Assembly (NCBI GenBank): GCA_031292575.1
Contig: JARLGX010000008.1
Location: 88,028-152,027, forward strand
Origin: Paludibacter sp.
GTDB lineage: Bacteria; Bacteroidota; Bacteroidia; Bacteroidales; Paludibacteraceae
Direction: 5' to 3'
Length of the DNA: 64,000 nt
Every line of letters begins with the position of its first letter. Position 1 is the stretch's first letter. Position numbers and translations under genes: made by a program. Positions 20,554-30,915 of this stretch are shown here, piece by piece. Under the pieces are notes generated by a model. The model searched no databases and was not told the DNA's origin. It saw only the letters and a list, made by a program, of their open reading frames with translations.

Positions 20554-21270
20554 ATGAAAAGGATTATAAGATTGCTTGCATTCTGGATTTTGATGTTTGT
20601 TCCGGTATTTTTAATTGACACAACTATTAAGTTTGGGTTAACCAGAATAAAAAACAACTATCTGAATCCGTATATCAACAAACAATTCGAATTAAATTCT
20701 GTTGTGGATAGTCTTGGAAATAAAGCGACACTAAATTTTAACACTAAAATTACAATAATTGATTTTTGGTTTAGAGAATGCCCTGAATGTATTCATGAGT
20801 TAAAGCAATTTGAAGCTCTTTTAAAGGGAAAAGAAACTGATGCTTCAATTTACAGCATATCAATTGATAATGAAAAAGATTGGAAAACGTTGTTTTCGAA
20901 CAATAGGTTATCTTTCCTGAAATCAAATATGCAAAACTGGAAGCAATATGCATTTGACTCCAGTTTAGTAAGTCCACATGCATATCTTTATGATAAATAC
21001 AACATTAAGAGTTACCCTTCATACTTGGTAATTGATCATAACGGAAAAATTATACAAGTTACTGAAAGTGCAGTTTCGTATATAAAAGAAAAGTATTATC
21101 ACTCAAATTGGTTTATGAGTTTATGGCGTGATAAGTTTTATTTGGATGATTATCATTTAATTAAAATAGTATTCCTCTCCTACACAATTTTATTTTGGTT
21201 GATAGTCGTTGTTTTTTTGGGAATTAAAAAGAAATCTGCTAAAAGCAGTGATACAGATAATTACAATTAA
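20554..21270 (+). CDS. Thioredoxin-fold (TlpA-like) redoxin with N- and C-terminal membrane segments
   Basis: 238-aa ORF with WFRECPEC (CxxC), the later YPSYLVIDHNGKI pattern of TlpA/AhpC-type folds, and a hydrophobic C-terminal helix. Confidence 0.6.
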   Translation: MKRIIRLLAFWILMFVPVFLIDTTIKFGLTRIKNNYLNPYINKQFELNSVVDSLGNKATLNFNTKITIIDFWFRECPECIHELKQFEALLKGKETDASIYSISIDNEKDWKTLFSNNRLSFLKSNMQNWKQYAFDSSLVSPHAYLYDKYNIKSYPSYLVIDHNGKIIQVTESAVSYIKEKYYHSNWFMSLWRDKFYLDDYHLIKIVFLSYTILFWLIVVVFLGIKKKSAKSSDTDNYN

Positions 21271-21322
21271 ATCGCAAATTAAAATCTGAGCAAATAAATA
21301 AAACAAATAGAAAATATAAATT

Positions 21323-21901
21323 ATGGAAATTGATAATGAATTAAAAGAAATTTTAAATCCCAAAAACGCAGCACTTTTAGTGTGGGATGTTCAAAACATG
21401 TTGGTACAGAATATATTCAATACTGATATTTTTCTTGCAAAAACAAACGAAGTTATTTCAATTGCAAAAGCAAATAATGTACCAGTGATATTTTCCAGAA
21501 TCACTCCACTACCACCACAATTCGAATCACCTGTCAGAAAATATTTCTTCAAAAAAAGGCTCTCGACAATGCAACAAGTACCTAACGGTTTTGAATTAAC
21601 CATTGAACCGACAAATAATGACATAGTGATTCCCAAAAACACAGCAAGTATGTTTGTTGGAACTAATTTCGAACTACTTATGCGTAATGCCGGAATTACA
21701 ACACTCATAATCACAGGAATTGCCACTGAAATCGGTGTGGAATCGACCGCCAGGGATGCATCCAACAGAGGAATTTTTCCAGTAATTATTACCGATGCAG
21801 TATCCTCATCAAATCAGGATGCACACAACCGATCGCTTGAGAATTTGAAAAATATGGCCATTCAGTTAAAAACAGAGGAACTAATTTCTATTTGGAAGTA
21901 A
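21323..21901 (+). CDS. Isochorismatase-family cysteine hydrolase
   Basis: 192-aa ORF with ALLVWDVQN near the N-terminus and the later TGIATEIGVESTARDA pattern. In many family members the catalytic Cys sits at the position held here by Ile in EIGVEST, so the exact activity is unclear. Confidence 0.7.
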   Translation: MEIDNELKEILNPKNAALLVWDVQNMLVQNIFNTDIFLAKTNEVISIAKANNVPVIFSRITPLPPQFESPVRKYFFKKRLSTMQQVPNGFELTIEPTNNDIVIPKNTASMFVGTNFELLMRNAGITTLIITGIATEIGVESTARDASNRGIFPVIITDAVSSSNQDAHNRSLENLKNMAIQLKTEELISIWK

Positions 21902-22110
21902 TAAGAAATAGCTTTAATAGCGTTGGTTTGGCATACAATACAAAAAACAATTTTAATTTTCAAAAGTTTATTGTGTTTGCCGTCTAAAAAAATCAATTCA
22001 AGAGATCAAAACAAACAGCCAATATAATATATATCATGTAGTTATAAATATGTCGGGTTAATGTCGGGATAAATACAACAATAACTTTTGGAGTGTTTGT
22101 CAGTTACATA

Positions 22111-22118
22111 TAAATTTG
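22111..22118 (+). promoter_or_regulatory. -7 promoter box for the HTH regulator gene
   Basis: TAAATTTG lies 20 bp upstream of the ATG. Confidence 0.4.
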
Positions 22119-22137
22119 CTCAAAAATTCAATGAATC

Positions 22138-22922
22138 ATGAAGCAACCGGATTTAGGAAAAAGAATTGCTGAACTCAGAAAAGCAAAAGGCTTTACTCAA
22201 GATGAGCTGGTAGAAAAATGTAATATCAACGTAAGAACTCTTCAACGGATTGAATCCGGTGAAGTTACGCCACGGAGTTACACTATTAAAATAATCTTTT
22301 CCGCTTTGGAGTGCAATATGAATGATTTTTCGAAAAATCAATCTAATAAATTCACGAAAGCTGGATTTATTGTTTCCAAATGGCTCGAGCAATTTTATAT
22401 AAATGTAATTGATTTATTCAACTTTAAAACAAACAAAATGAAAAAATTGATGATTTTATCCGTACCACTTATAACTATTTGCTTAGTTATGTTATTCTTA
22501 TTCAGCGCTAATGTCAAGGCTCAGACCTTAATAGCGATTCGTGAAAAGTTAGAAAAAACCAGCTCAAATTTAAAGTTCGAACAATGGTTTAATTCAGGTC
22601 AAATTGATTCAATTAGTATGCGTTACCTCAAAAATGCATGTATGATGCCAGATCAATATCCAACTATAAACGACAGAAAAAATATGAATACTTTAAACAA
22701 TTATATGACAGAGGATTGCGATTTAGTGAAAACAAATCAACTTCAAAATTCATTTCAGATTCCATTGCAATTGACAGAGGAGTTTGGACTGTAAGTATCA
22801 ATTCTATACCAGTTGCTACCGGAACATACTTAACCCAATGGCATTATCTGAAAGGTCAATGGTGGATTGAAAACGAGATGTCAAAATCGGATAAAGAAAT
22901 AAACACAGAAATAAACAAATAA
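22138..22922 (+). pseudogene. Membrane-anchored XRE-family HTH regulator with a C-terminal SnoaL/DUF4440-like domain, interrupted by a -1 frameshift in an A6 run
   Basis: The 22138..22794 ORF encodes an HTH (LRKAKGFTQDELVEKCNINVRTLQRIESGE) and a TM helix. The domain continues in the overlapping 22638..22922 frame (YEYFKQLYDRGLRF...GTYLTQWHYLKGQWWIENEM). Adding one A to the A6 run at 22677-22682 fuses the two frames. Confidence 0.7.
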
Positions 22923-23120
22923 AAAATAAGTTTATAGACTATCCGCAAAACCAATTCGACATATCATTTCCAGTTTATAAATTTTTAAGAGCTCATTAAT
23001 GTTAAAAATAAAATATCCCTAAAAAACTATTTTTAAAGCCGAGAAACTATATCATTACAAATTGAAATCAGATAGAGAATAAATGTAGAAAACTTTATCG
23101 TTTCTACATATAAAAACTAA

Positions 23121-23157
23121 AATTAGAAAGCAGGTGTTCTGCTTTCTAATTTTTTTA
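23121..23157 (+). terminator. Rho-independent terminator
   Basis: 13-bp stem AATTAGAAAGCAG/CTGCTTTCTAATT followed by a T-run. Confidence 0.7.
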
Positions 23158-23234
23158 TAAAAACTTGTAAAACAAATATTTAAATATACTGTTAGATTTA
23201 GAAAAAGGATATTGTATTGCTAAAATATTATTCA

Positions 23235-23242
23235 TACATTTG
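23235..23242 (+). promoter_or_regulatory. -7 promoter box for ptb
   Basis: TACATTTG lies 30 bp upstream of the ATG. Confidence 0.45.
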
Positions 23243-23271
23243 TCAGGTTAATACACCAAAAGTGCAATTAA

Positions 23272-24180
23272 ATGGAATCAATTTCTTCGTTTGCCGAACT
23301 GACAGCACATCTGAAAAGCGTGAATTGCCGTAAACGCATGGCTGTTGCCAATGCAGTTGATTCGCACACATTGGATGCTGTGCTGAGAGCCGTTGATATG
23401 GGTATTATCGAAGCATTTCTTATCGGAGATGTTGCCTCAATTGAATCTCCTCATTTGTTCGAGCATAATCTTTCTCCTTTTGTACATATTATAGATATAC
23501 CTGAAGTTCAAATAGCTACACTTGAGGCTGTAAGGATGGTAAAATCCGGTGAAGCAGATATTCTGATGAAAGGCCTTGTAAATACTGATGTATTACTGAG
23601 GGCAATTTTAGACAAAGAAAAAGGAATATTACCCCTCGGAAGGGTACTTACTTTCAATGCAGCCATGGAAGTACCTAAATATCATAAATTGATTTTCTTT
23701 TCCGATCCCGTGGTGATTCCTTCTCCCAATCTGATTCAACGGACAGCCATGATAAAGTATGCTATCGAAACCGCCTTTAAATTTGGAATTACAAAACCCA
23801 AAATTGCGTTGATACATGCCACCGAAGTTGCGAACCCTAAAATTCATTATATGCAGGATTATCTGGATATTATGCAAATGTGGCGTAACGGGGAATTTGG
23901 CAATGTAATTATGGACGGACCATTAGATATATTTCTTGCACTTGATAAAGAACGAGGAAGTATAAAAAATGTTCCAAGCCCGGTTTTGGGAGATGCTGAC
24001 ATTCTTATTTTTCCAAACTTTGAATGCGCAAACACTTTCTACAAAGGATTATCACTTTTTGCCGATGCCGAGATGGGCGGATTACTTCAGGGAACTGAAA
24101 AACCGGTTGTCCTAACTTCCCGAAGTGAAAGTGTTCAATCAAAGTTTTACAGTATTGCTATGGCTTGTATATTAAGCTGA
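23272..24180 (+). CDS. ptb: Phosphate butyryltransferase / phosphate acyltransferase
   Basis: 302-aa ORF matching the PTA_PTB family pattern (ADILMKGLVNTD, KPKIALIHATE, LIFPNFECANTFYK). Confidence 0.8.
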   Translation: MESISSFAELTAHLKSVNCRKRMAVANAVDSHTLDAVLRAVDMGIIEAFLIGDVASIESPHLFEHNLSPFVHIIDIPEVQIATLEAVRMVKSGEADILMKGLVNTDVLLRAILDKEKGILPLGRVLTFNAAMEVPKYHKLIFFSDPVVIPSPNLIQRTAMIKYAIETAFKFGITKPKIALIHATEVANPKIHYMQDYLDIMQMWRNGEFGNVIMDGPLDIFLALDKERGSIKNVPSPVLGDADILIFPNFECANTFYKGLSLFADAEMGGLLQGTEKPVVLTSRSESVQSKFYSIAMACILS

Positions 24181-24199
24181 TTTTGTTCAGGTTACGAGA

Positions 24200-25357
24200 T
24201 TAAACATCAGAATGGCGACATCTCAAAATTAAATCATAATAGTGAACAATTTCTTTTGCAGCCCGGGTTGCTGCGCCAGGTTCTCCCAATGAAGTTTTAA
24301 TTTTTGAATATTCATTCAACATGATTTGTCTGTAACTTTCATTATTCAAAATCAACTCTAATTCTTTGACAATATTTTTCACTGTAAACAAGTGTGCCAG
24401 CAATTCTTTAACCACCTGCTTTTCGGCTACAATGTTTACCAACGATACAAACTTCACATGCACCACAATATCCTTCACAAAATAACCTAATTTTCCAAAT
24501 GGCACATGGTAAACAACAACCTGAGGAGTTCCGATAATTGCAGTTTCGAGCGTTGCAGTTCCCGAGTTTACAACAGCAGCTTTCGCTTGTTGCAACAATT
24601 CATAGGTTTGATTAAATACAACAGAAACATTTTTACCTTTCAGCACAGAGCCATATAACTCCATGTCAATTCCCGGTGCTCCTGCAATTACTACCTGATA
24701 TTCGTGGAAAAGTAACCCTGCTTCCACCATTCGTGGCAAACAGCCTTTAATTTCTTGTTTTCGGCTTCCGGCAAGAATAGCAATGATAGGTTTATCGGGT
24801 AAGTTATTTTCAGTGCAAAATTCATTGAATGTCTGATTCTGATTTGGACGCATGCAGACCGAGTCAACCGTTGGATTCCCAATATATTTAACCTTATATA
24901 AATGTAGGGCATAAAACGCAGTTTCAAAAGGGAAAATAGTGTACATTTTATCTACATATCGCTTAATTTCCTTGATGCGGTATTCTTTCCAAGCCCATAT
25001 TTTCGGGGAAATATAATATATTATCTTAGTTTTAAGATTTTCTTTTACAAAACGGGCAATTCGCAAGTTAAAACTTGGATAATCTACTAAAATTAAAACA
25101 TCTGGTTGAAAGTCAACGATTGCTTTTTTACAATCACTTAGGTTTTTCAGCACTGTTCGTGCATTTTTGAGCACTGCAATAATACCCATAAAAGCCATTT
25201 GCCGATAATGCTTAATCATTGTGCCACCTTGTGCCTGCATCAAGTCCCCTCCCAAAAAACAAAATTCGGCTTCCGAATCTGTTTTCTTAAGTTCGCACAT
25301 CAAATTTGAGGCATGTAAATCGCCCGAAGCCTCGCCGGCTATTATAAAGTATTTCAT
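24200..25357 (-). CDS. lpxB: Lipid-A-disaccharide synthase
   Basis: The N-terminal MKYFIIAGEASGDLHASNL motif marks the likely start at ATG 25357. An in-frame ATG at 25411 would add 18 non-conserved residues. Length from 25357 is about 385 aa. Confidence 0.9.
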   Translation of the reverse strand: MKYFIIAGEASGDLHASNLMCELKKTDSEAEFCFLGGDLMQAQGGTMIKHYRQMAFMGIIAVLKNARTVLKNLSDCKKAIVDFQPDVLILVDYPSFNLRIARFVKENLKTKIIYYISPKIWAWKEYRIKEIKRYVDKMYTIFPFETAFYALHLYKVKYIGNPTVDSVCMRPNQNQTFNEFCTENNLPDKPIIAILAGSRKQEIKGCLPRMVEAGLLFHEYQVVIAGAPGIDMELYGSVLKGKNVSVVFNQTYELLQQAKAAVVNSGTATLETAIIGTPQVVVYHVPFGKLGYFVKDIVVHVKFVSLVNIVAEKQVVKELLAHLFTVKNIVKELELILNNESYRQIMLNEYSKIKTSLGEPGAATRAAKEIVHYYDLILRCRHSDV

Positions 25358-25434
25358 CAATTTGTGATAATGTATTGATTTTATTTGCAATGAATAAATT
25401 ACTTTAGTCATTGTTTGTTGCCTCTTTCTTTTAT

Positions 25435-25719
25435 TTAAAGCATAAAAATACTTGAAATAAAATAAGGCATTCCACCTAAAAGAACTCCTGTTGCAATTTT
25501 GAAACTGTCAGACTTGTAAAAAACAAAAACTAACAATAAATTTGGCATCGTTGAAAGTAAGAGTAATTTGCCAAGTATTATTCCCGGATATAATTGCTTT
25601 AGGGTTTCAACAAAACTTAAATCCGCTGGATATAATCGATTTAAATACACCCACATAAATAGCACAGGCATTATTAATCCCGGAATAAATCCATAGAGAA
25701 AATGATTAAAGCGCTCCAT
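25435..25719 (-). CDS. Small hypothetical membrane protein (3 predicted TM helices)
   Basis: 94-aa ORF, hydrophobic throughout and co-directional between surE and lpxB. No motif recognised. Confidence 0.5.
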   Translation of the reverse strand: MERFNHFLYGFIPGLIMPVLFMWVYLNRLYPADLSFVETLKQLYPGIILGKLLLLSTMPNLLLVFVFYKSDSFKIATGVLLGGMPYFISSIFML

Positions 25720-25811
25720 TATGCCTGATTAAAATTATTCTTCCTTAATATTACAAAGCAATTATTTAAATAACATATAACGGGCTATTTTAAACCATAT
25801 TGTAAGTTTAT

Positions 25812-26576
25812 TTAAAACTTCCAATTTTCTATTTCCTGTATTGAATCGTAAGCGGTTAAATCAATTGTTGTAGGTACAATCGATACAAAACCATGGTTCA
25901 ATGCCCATTCATCAGTATCTTCAGCTTCAGGCTCGTAGTTTTCAAAGTTGCCTGTAAGCCAATAATATGCTTTTCCATGAGGATCCATCCGTTTAGCAAA
26001 TTCTTTAGTCCAGCGACCATCGCACTGTCTTGCAACCTTAATTCCTTTTATTTTACCACAAGGTGCATTCACATTCAAACACGTTGCATGAGGTAATCCA
26101 TTTTTTAATGCAGATAGTGCTATTTTCGTAACAAATGGCTCGAAATTACTAAAATCTGTGCTTAAAGAATGATCACATATTGAAAACCCTATGGACAAAA
26201 TTCCATTTTCGCAACCTTCGAGCACTGCTCCCATTGTTCCTGAATAAATTACATTAATTGCCGAGTTAGAGCCATGATTTATCCCTGCAACCACCATATC
26301 CGGAATTCTATCAACAATTTCATTTAAAGCTAACTTCACACAATCAGTTGGAGTTCCAGAAGTAGTATAGCGAGTAAGACCTTCTTTTTCTTCAATTTTT
26401 TTAAACCTAATGGGGTGAGTAACAGTGAGTGCATTTGATTGTGCTGAACGTGGTCCATCAGGTGCTACCACTACTACATCACCAATTTCCATCATGAGTC
26501 GGGTTAAAACCTCTATTCCTTGAGCTTCATGTCCATCATCATTCGTAATTAATATAAGCGGCTTATTCATACTCAT
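25812..26576 (-). CDS. surE: 5'/3'-nucleotidase SurE
   Basis: 254-aa ORF with ILITNDDG, GINHGSN and YSGTMGAV motifs. Confidence 0.93.
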   Translation of the reverse strand: MSMNKPLILITNDDGHEAQGIEVLTRLMMEIGDVVVVAPDGPRSAQSNALTVTHPIRFKKIEEKEGLTRYTTSGTPTDCVKLALNEIVDRIPDMVVAGINHGSNSAINVIYSGTMGAVLEGCENGILSIGFSICDHSLSTDFSNFEPFVTKIALSALKNGLPHATCLNVNAPCGKIKGIKVARQCDGRWTKEFAKRMDPHGKAYYWLTGNFENYEPEAEDTDEWALNHGFVSIVPTTIDLTAYDSIQEIENWKF

Positions 26577-26602
26577 CTGTAAATGTATAATTTAGATATT
26601 TG

Positions 26603-27325
26603 TTATTTCTTTATTTTCCAAACTGTTAATGAAAGAAATGCACCACTCAACAATACAAAATAAAGTAAATCACGAGAGTCAATGACTCCACGACTCATGG
26701 ATTTATAATGAGCATGAATTCCCAATGCTTCTAATAACTGAATGGACTTACCCGAAGTAAAGAAACCTGTTAATACTTCAAATCCATAAAACAAAAAGAA
26801 TGAAAGGACAACTGCTGCAACAAACGAAATAATTTGATTATTTGAAATGGAAGAAGAAAAAGTACCAATTGCTACATAAATTACAGCTAAGAAAAAAAGT
26901 CCAATGAATGAACCCCAAAAAGCTCCCGAATCCACATTGCCTATTGGTTCAGCCAGATAAGATACTGAAATATAATAAAGTAAAACAGGTAACAACGCTA
27001 ATGTGACAAGAGTTAATCCTGCAAAATATTTACCTAACACAATTTGAGTTTTGCTAATAGGTTTTGTAATTAAAATTTCCCAAGTCCCCGTTTGCTTCTC
27101 TTCAGCAAAAAGTCGCATTGTTATTGCAGGGCATAAAAATAAGAACAACCAGGGAGCTAAATAGAAAAGACCATCAACATTAGCATAACCCGAATCTAAA
27201 ATGTTATATTCGCCCGGAATGATCCAAAGAAACAAGCCTGTGAGTATCAAAAAAATACCAATAACAATATAGCCAGTAGCATTACTAAAAAAAACTCGTA
27301 ATTCTTTTTTTAAGATCGTAAACAT
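26603..27325 (-). CDS. ABC-2 type transporter permease, GldF-like
   Basis: 240-aa ORF with 6 TM segments. The N-terminal KELRVFFSNATGYIVIGIFLILTGLFLW and APWLFLFLCPAITMRLFAEEKQTGTWE closely resemble GldF. No gldG or ATPase gene is adjacent. Confidence 0.6.
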   Translation of the reverse strand: MFTILKKELRVFFSNATGYIVIGIFLILTGLFLWIIPGEYNILDSGYANVDGLFYLAPWLFLFLCPAITMRLFAEEKQTGTWEILITKPISKTQIVLGKYFAGLTLVTLALLPVLLYYISVSYLAEPIGNVDSGAFWGSFIGLFFLAVIYVAIGTFSSSISNNQIISFVAAVVLSFFLFYGFEVLTGFFTSGKSIQLLEALGIHAHYKSMSRGVIDSRDLLYFVLLSGAFLSLTVWKIKK

Positions 27326-27401
27326 AGATTATCAAGTTAACTTACTTATACAATTTCTCATTTATATAGCTTAAAAATCGATATTTACATGTGATTTTTA
27401 T

Positions 27402-27409
27402 TACATTTG
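27402..27409 (+). promoter_or_regulatory. -7 promoter box for the PagL-like gene
   Basis: TACATTTG lies 58 bp upstream of the ATG. Confidence 0.4.
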
Positions 27410-27466
27410 CAGGGTCAAAGATAACCAAAAAAACCGAATTGAAAACCCAGAATTGATTCTTAAACT

Positions 27467-28666
27467 ATGAAAAATAGGATTCTTTTAGGACTTTTTACAG
27501 TATTTTCTATTTTGTTACAAGCTCAAACTTGTAATCAATACAGTATTAAGCTTGAAGGAATTTATGGTAATATAATTCCCAACGACCAGCATGTGAAAGA
27601 TATTATTATAAATCCGGTAATTGGAACAGAATTATCTCTTGAGTTCCAAACAATGGGTAATAAACCTTGGCAACAATTTAACGCATTTCCAATTGTTGGG
27701 ATAGGTGCAGTTTGGTTAAATTTAGGTAACCTGCAAAAACTTGGAAACGCATTTGCTTTATACCCTTATATTTGTTTTCCACTAATTCGAACAAATTTCA
27801 TAAAGTTAAATTTAAAAGCCGGCGCAGGCTTGAGTTACCTGACAAAGACCTATTATAACACAAATACAGATTCATTGGGAAATACATTGCCATCACTAAC
27901 CGGCACCAACTCGGCAATAGGTTCGGCTTTAAATGTTTATTTTTCGGGTGGAGGGAGTTTAGAAATTCCTATTTCTAAAGGCTTTAGCCTGATGGCAGAA
28001 TATACGTGGAATCATATGTCGAATGGAAGTGCAGTTGCACCAAATGCAGGACTAAATCTTCTGAATGGATTTATTGGATTGAAATATTCGCCTAATTACA
28101 ATACGAGTCGTTTTCATATTAACTGTTGTATAGAGGATATTCCGCGAGAATTTACCTTTGAAATAATTGCTTCAGGAGGCTTTAGGCAATTGTATTACAA
28201 AGACAATAAAACGTTCCCAATTGGGTCAGTTGTTTTGGGAGTTTATCGTCCTATGTCAAATTTCTATCGAATGGGGTTAGGAATTGATGCATTTTATGAC
28301 GGCGTTTACAATGGCAACACTCAATTTCAACGAACATACTTAACAACAGATGAATTGAAAAACAAGATTCGTTTAGGCGTATCATGGCAGCACGAAATTA
28401 TGTTGGGCCGATTAATTGCCGGTTTTGATTTTGGTTTATATCTTTATAATCCACTTAAAAATCTTGAGCCTTATAATGATGCTAAAAATGGCACATTAAA
28501 TAAACCACTGATATATAGCTACAATATCACCAATGAAGATGGTTGGTTTTATACACGCGCCAGTTTGAAATATACATTAGATAAGCATTATTTCATTTCG
28601 CTGGGATTGAAAACGCACCTTCAAAAGGCAGAATTTATTGAATGGGGATTGGGTTACAGGTTTTAA
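27467..28666 (+). CDS. Outer-membrane acyloxyacyl hydrolase (lipid A deacylase PagL-like)
   Basis: 399-aa ORF with a signal peptide, beta-barrel-like alternating pattern, a WNHMSNG His/Ser motif as in PagL-type deacylases, and a terminal aromatic residue (YRF). Confidence 0.6.
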   Translation: MKNRILLGLFTVFSILLQAQTCNQYSIKLEGIYGNIIPNDQHVKDIIINPVIGTELSLEFQTMGNKPWQQFNAFPIVGIGAVWLNLGNLQKLGNAFALYPYICFPLIRTNFIKLNLKAGAGLSYLTKTYYNTNTDSLGNTLPSLTGTNSAIGSALNVYFSGGGSLEIPISKGFSLMAEYTWNHMSNGSAVAPNAGLNLLNGFIGLKYSPNYNTSRFHINCCIEDIPREFTFEIIASGGFRQLYYKDNKTFPIGSVVLGVYRPMSNFYRMGLGIDAFYDGVYNGNTQFQRTYLTTDELKNKIRLGVSWQHEIMLGRLIAGFDFGLYLYNPLKNLEPYNDAKNGTLNKPLIYSYNITNEDGWFYTRASLKYTLDKHYFISLGLKTHLQKAEFIEWGLGYRF

Positions 28667-28686
28667 GTGCTAAAATAATGTTAATT

Positions 28687-30888
28687 TCAAATTCTCAATG
28701 TATCAACCATTAAAGGTATCTCATCCGTATCGATTCCATTTGAAATCAAATATTTTCTATCTTCATTAAACGATTCAAGAAAAATTTCCCAATTATTTTG
28801 TTGTAAGTTCAAACTCATCCTGTAAAATTTAATCGCGTTTTCAATTTTACGCTGACACCATGCCACATGGCCTGCATTAAGACAATCCTGTGAAGTTGGC
28901 TCTTTGTTTATCAATTTATTAGAATAATATTCAGCTTGTTGGATATTTCCCGAAACAAATGAACACCAAGTAATCGCCCTCCAAACTTTAATATCTTCAC
29001 CTTCAAACGCATCTAATTTTAAAAAAATGTTCAAAGCCTCTTTGAATTTTCTTAAATCAACAAAGCAATGACCAATTTGCATCAAAATTCTTTTTTGATT
29101 TGGTTTTAAATAATTGGCACGTTGATAGTACTCCAATGCTTTCTCAAAATTACCTGTTAAACGATAGCAAAGTGCTATTTTTCTAACAGTCCACATATCG
29201 TCCGGTTGAATAAAATCAGCTTTTAAATAAGCATCCAATGCATTTGTAAACTGCGAAGTTTGTTGGTATAAATAACCAATTTTTTGATAAAGTGCAGCTG
29301 TTGGATCTGAATCATGCTCAATTTCCTCAAACAATTCGAGAGCTTGAGAATGGTGATTTTTTAAAAAATAGTATTCTGCAATGCTGGTTTTAAAATCTTT
29401 ATTTACAGCCAGTATATCAAACAAGAATGAACGATGCATTTTTAATGCAAAGGAAAACATATCTGAAAATTCAGTATGTTGTGGATTCAACTTAAAAAAT
29501 CGGAATAAATCCTGAATATAAAGTTTTGAAATATTTTTCGAGACCAAACCGGGAGTTAAGATAGCTTCATCTTTCGACATTTCATCCAATTGTTCAGCTT
29601 CCATTTTAAACGATTGCTTTAACATCCCTCGCTGCGACTCAGGCATTTGTAGTATACTCAAACAAAAAGAATATTTATCGGAATTGCACATCACATTATT
29701 GTTAACAAATGCTGTCAATAACGAGTTGTCATCGGTTTTGAAAAGCTCATTTATAGCCGAATATTTTGCATCGAATGGCAAAAACCAATTTGTAAATTCA
29801 TTAAAAAAGGGGAAGTTTTTAAGTAGTGAAAAAGTGCTCATGTACACATCGGCACCTTCAAGCTGCAGCTCACTCAGTTCTTTCAATTTATCTGAAACGC
29901 CGCTTTGTTCCAACAATTCTTGCCATTCGGGGTTTTCTTCTTCCCATTCATCCTTATTTAGCAAACTATCAATGTCCATTTTATCTTTCAACATTGGACT
30001 GATTTTCATCACTTCCGGCAAAATTTCCTCTTGCATCTTTTTTGTGATTTTTTCTGTCTCAGCCGTTGCAATTATCTGAATAATAATGTTTAGAAAATTT
30101 TCGACAATATGATTATCATCTGCCAATAAAACTAATCTATTTCTGATTGACGGAAAAAAATGCAAAAAGCGATTGTACTTCACCATCACAAAACACAACC
30201 CCACTATAGCGCGTTGTTTAACCTGTTGATCTTCAACCAAACAAGCATCTAAAAGAAGCGCAATTTTAGTTTCATCAAACATTCGCCACAAATTGAGAGT
30301 TATAGCCGAAATCACCATCGATTTTTCAAGATTTCCCTGATAATCTTTTATCATTATTTGATTAAAAAGATTTTTATCCTCAGATTTAAAAATGGTTGTG
30401 AGCCAAAATATTCTAAAAATTTCAGGAAGTAATAATTCATAATTTGAACGTAATCTTTTCAGCTCAACATCATGATTTCCATCAGAGTTTTTCAGTAGTA
30501 CCGATTGATGGTAAAAGTAGTTGAACGCGTTAAATAAATCGGTGTTCGAATTATATTTTTTGGTGTGAGGCAGATAACGTTTTTGCGAGTATTCAAAATT
30601 AGAAGAATTTCTCAGCAGAAGCTCTTCTTTTACTTCGGTATTCAGTACAAAAATCTTTGCAATTATTTTATTATAAACAGATTTACGTTGAGGATCTTCA
30701 ATACCTGAGACATAGTATTGAAGCAACAACCGATAATTTTGCTGTAAATCTTCTAATCTATCGGAATATTCTCCCAATTGCAACTCAAGGACCAAATCAT
30801 TCGTTTTGTCAAATGCATTCTTCACAAATCCCGACAATAGGAAATGTAAGGCAGAGTTGTAAGTTGCATGAATCTGAGAAGTATTCAT
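28687..30888 (-). CDS. Large TPR-repeat protein, N-terminal ~500 aa uncharacterised
   Basis: 733-aa ORF with several C-terminal TPR-like repeats (ALELFEEI..., ALDAYLKADFIQPDD, ALEYYQRANYLKPNQ, ALNIFLKLDAFEG, AIKFYRMSLNL). It lies 27 bp downstream of the Crp/Fnr gene on the same strand. Confidence 0.6.
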   Translation of the reverse strand: MNTSQIHATYNSALHFLLSGFVKNAFDKTNDLVLELQLGEYSDRLEDLQQNYRLLLQYYVSGIEDPQRKSVYNKIIAKIFVLNTEVKEELLLRNSSNFEYSQKRYLPHTKKYNSNTDLFNAFNYFYHQSVLLKNSDGNHDVELKRLRSNYELLLPEIFRIFWLTTIFKSEDKNLFNQIMIKDYQGNLEKSMVISAITLNLWRMFDETKIALLLDACLVEDQQVKQRAIVGLCFVMVKYNRFLHFFPSIRNRLVLLADDNHIVENFLNIIIQIIATAETEKITKKMQEEILPEVMKISPMLKDKMDIDSLLNKDEWEEENPEWQELLEQSGVSDKLKELSELQLEGADVYMSTFSLLKNFPFFNEFTNWFLPFDAKYSAINELFKTDDNSLLTAFVNNNVMCNSDKYSFCLSILQMPESQRGMLKQSFKMEAEQLDEMSKDEAILTPGLVSKNISKLYIQDLFRFFKLNPQHTEFSDMFSFALKMHRSFLFDILAVNKDFKTSIAEYYFLKNHHSQALELFEEIEHDSDPTAALYQKIGYLYQQTSQFTNALDAYLKADFIQPDDMWTVRKIALCYRLTGNFEKALEYYQRANYLKPNQKRILMQIGHCFVDLRKFKEALNIFLKLDAFEGEDIKVWRAITWCSFVSGNIQQAEYYSNKLINKEPTSQDCLNAGHVAWCQRKIENAIKFYRMSLNLQQNNWEIFLESFNEDRKYLISNGIDTDEIPLMVDTLRI

Positions 30889-30915
30889 ATATTAAGTTTT
30901 CAACAAACAATTTAA

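Noticed and set aside
23272-24180. ptb without an adjacent butyrate kinase as a sign of operon disruption
   Set aside because: The gene is intact with its own -7 box. The partner kinase could be encoded elsewhere, and nothing in the sequence indicates a rearrangement.
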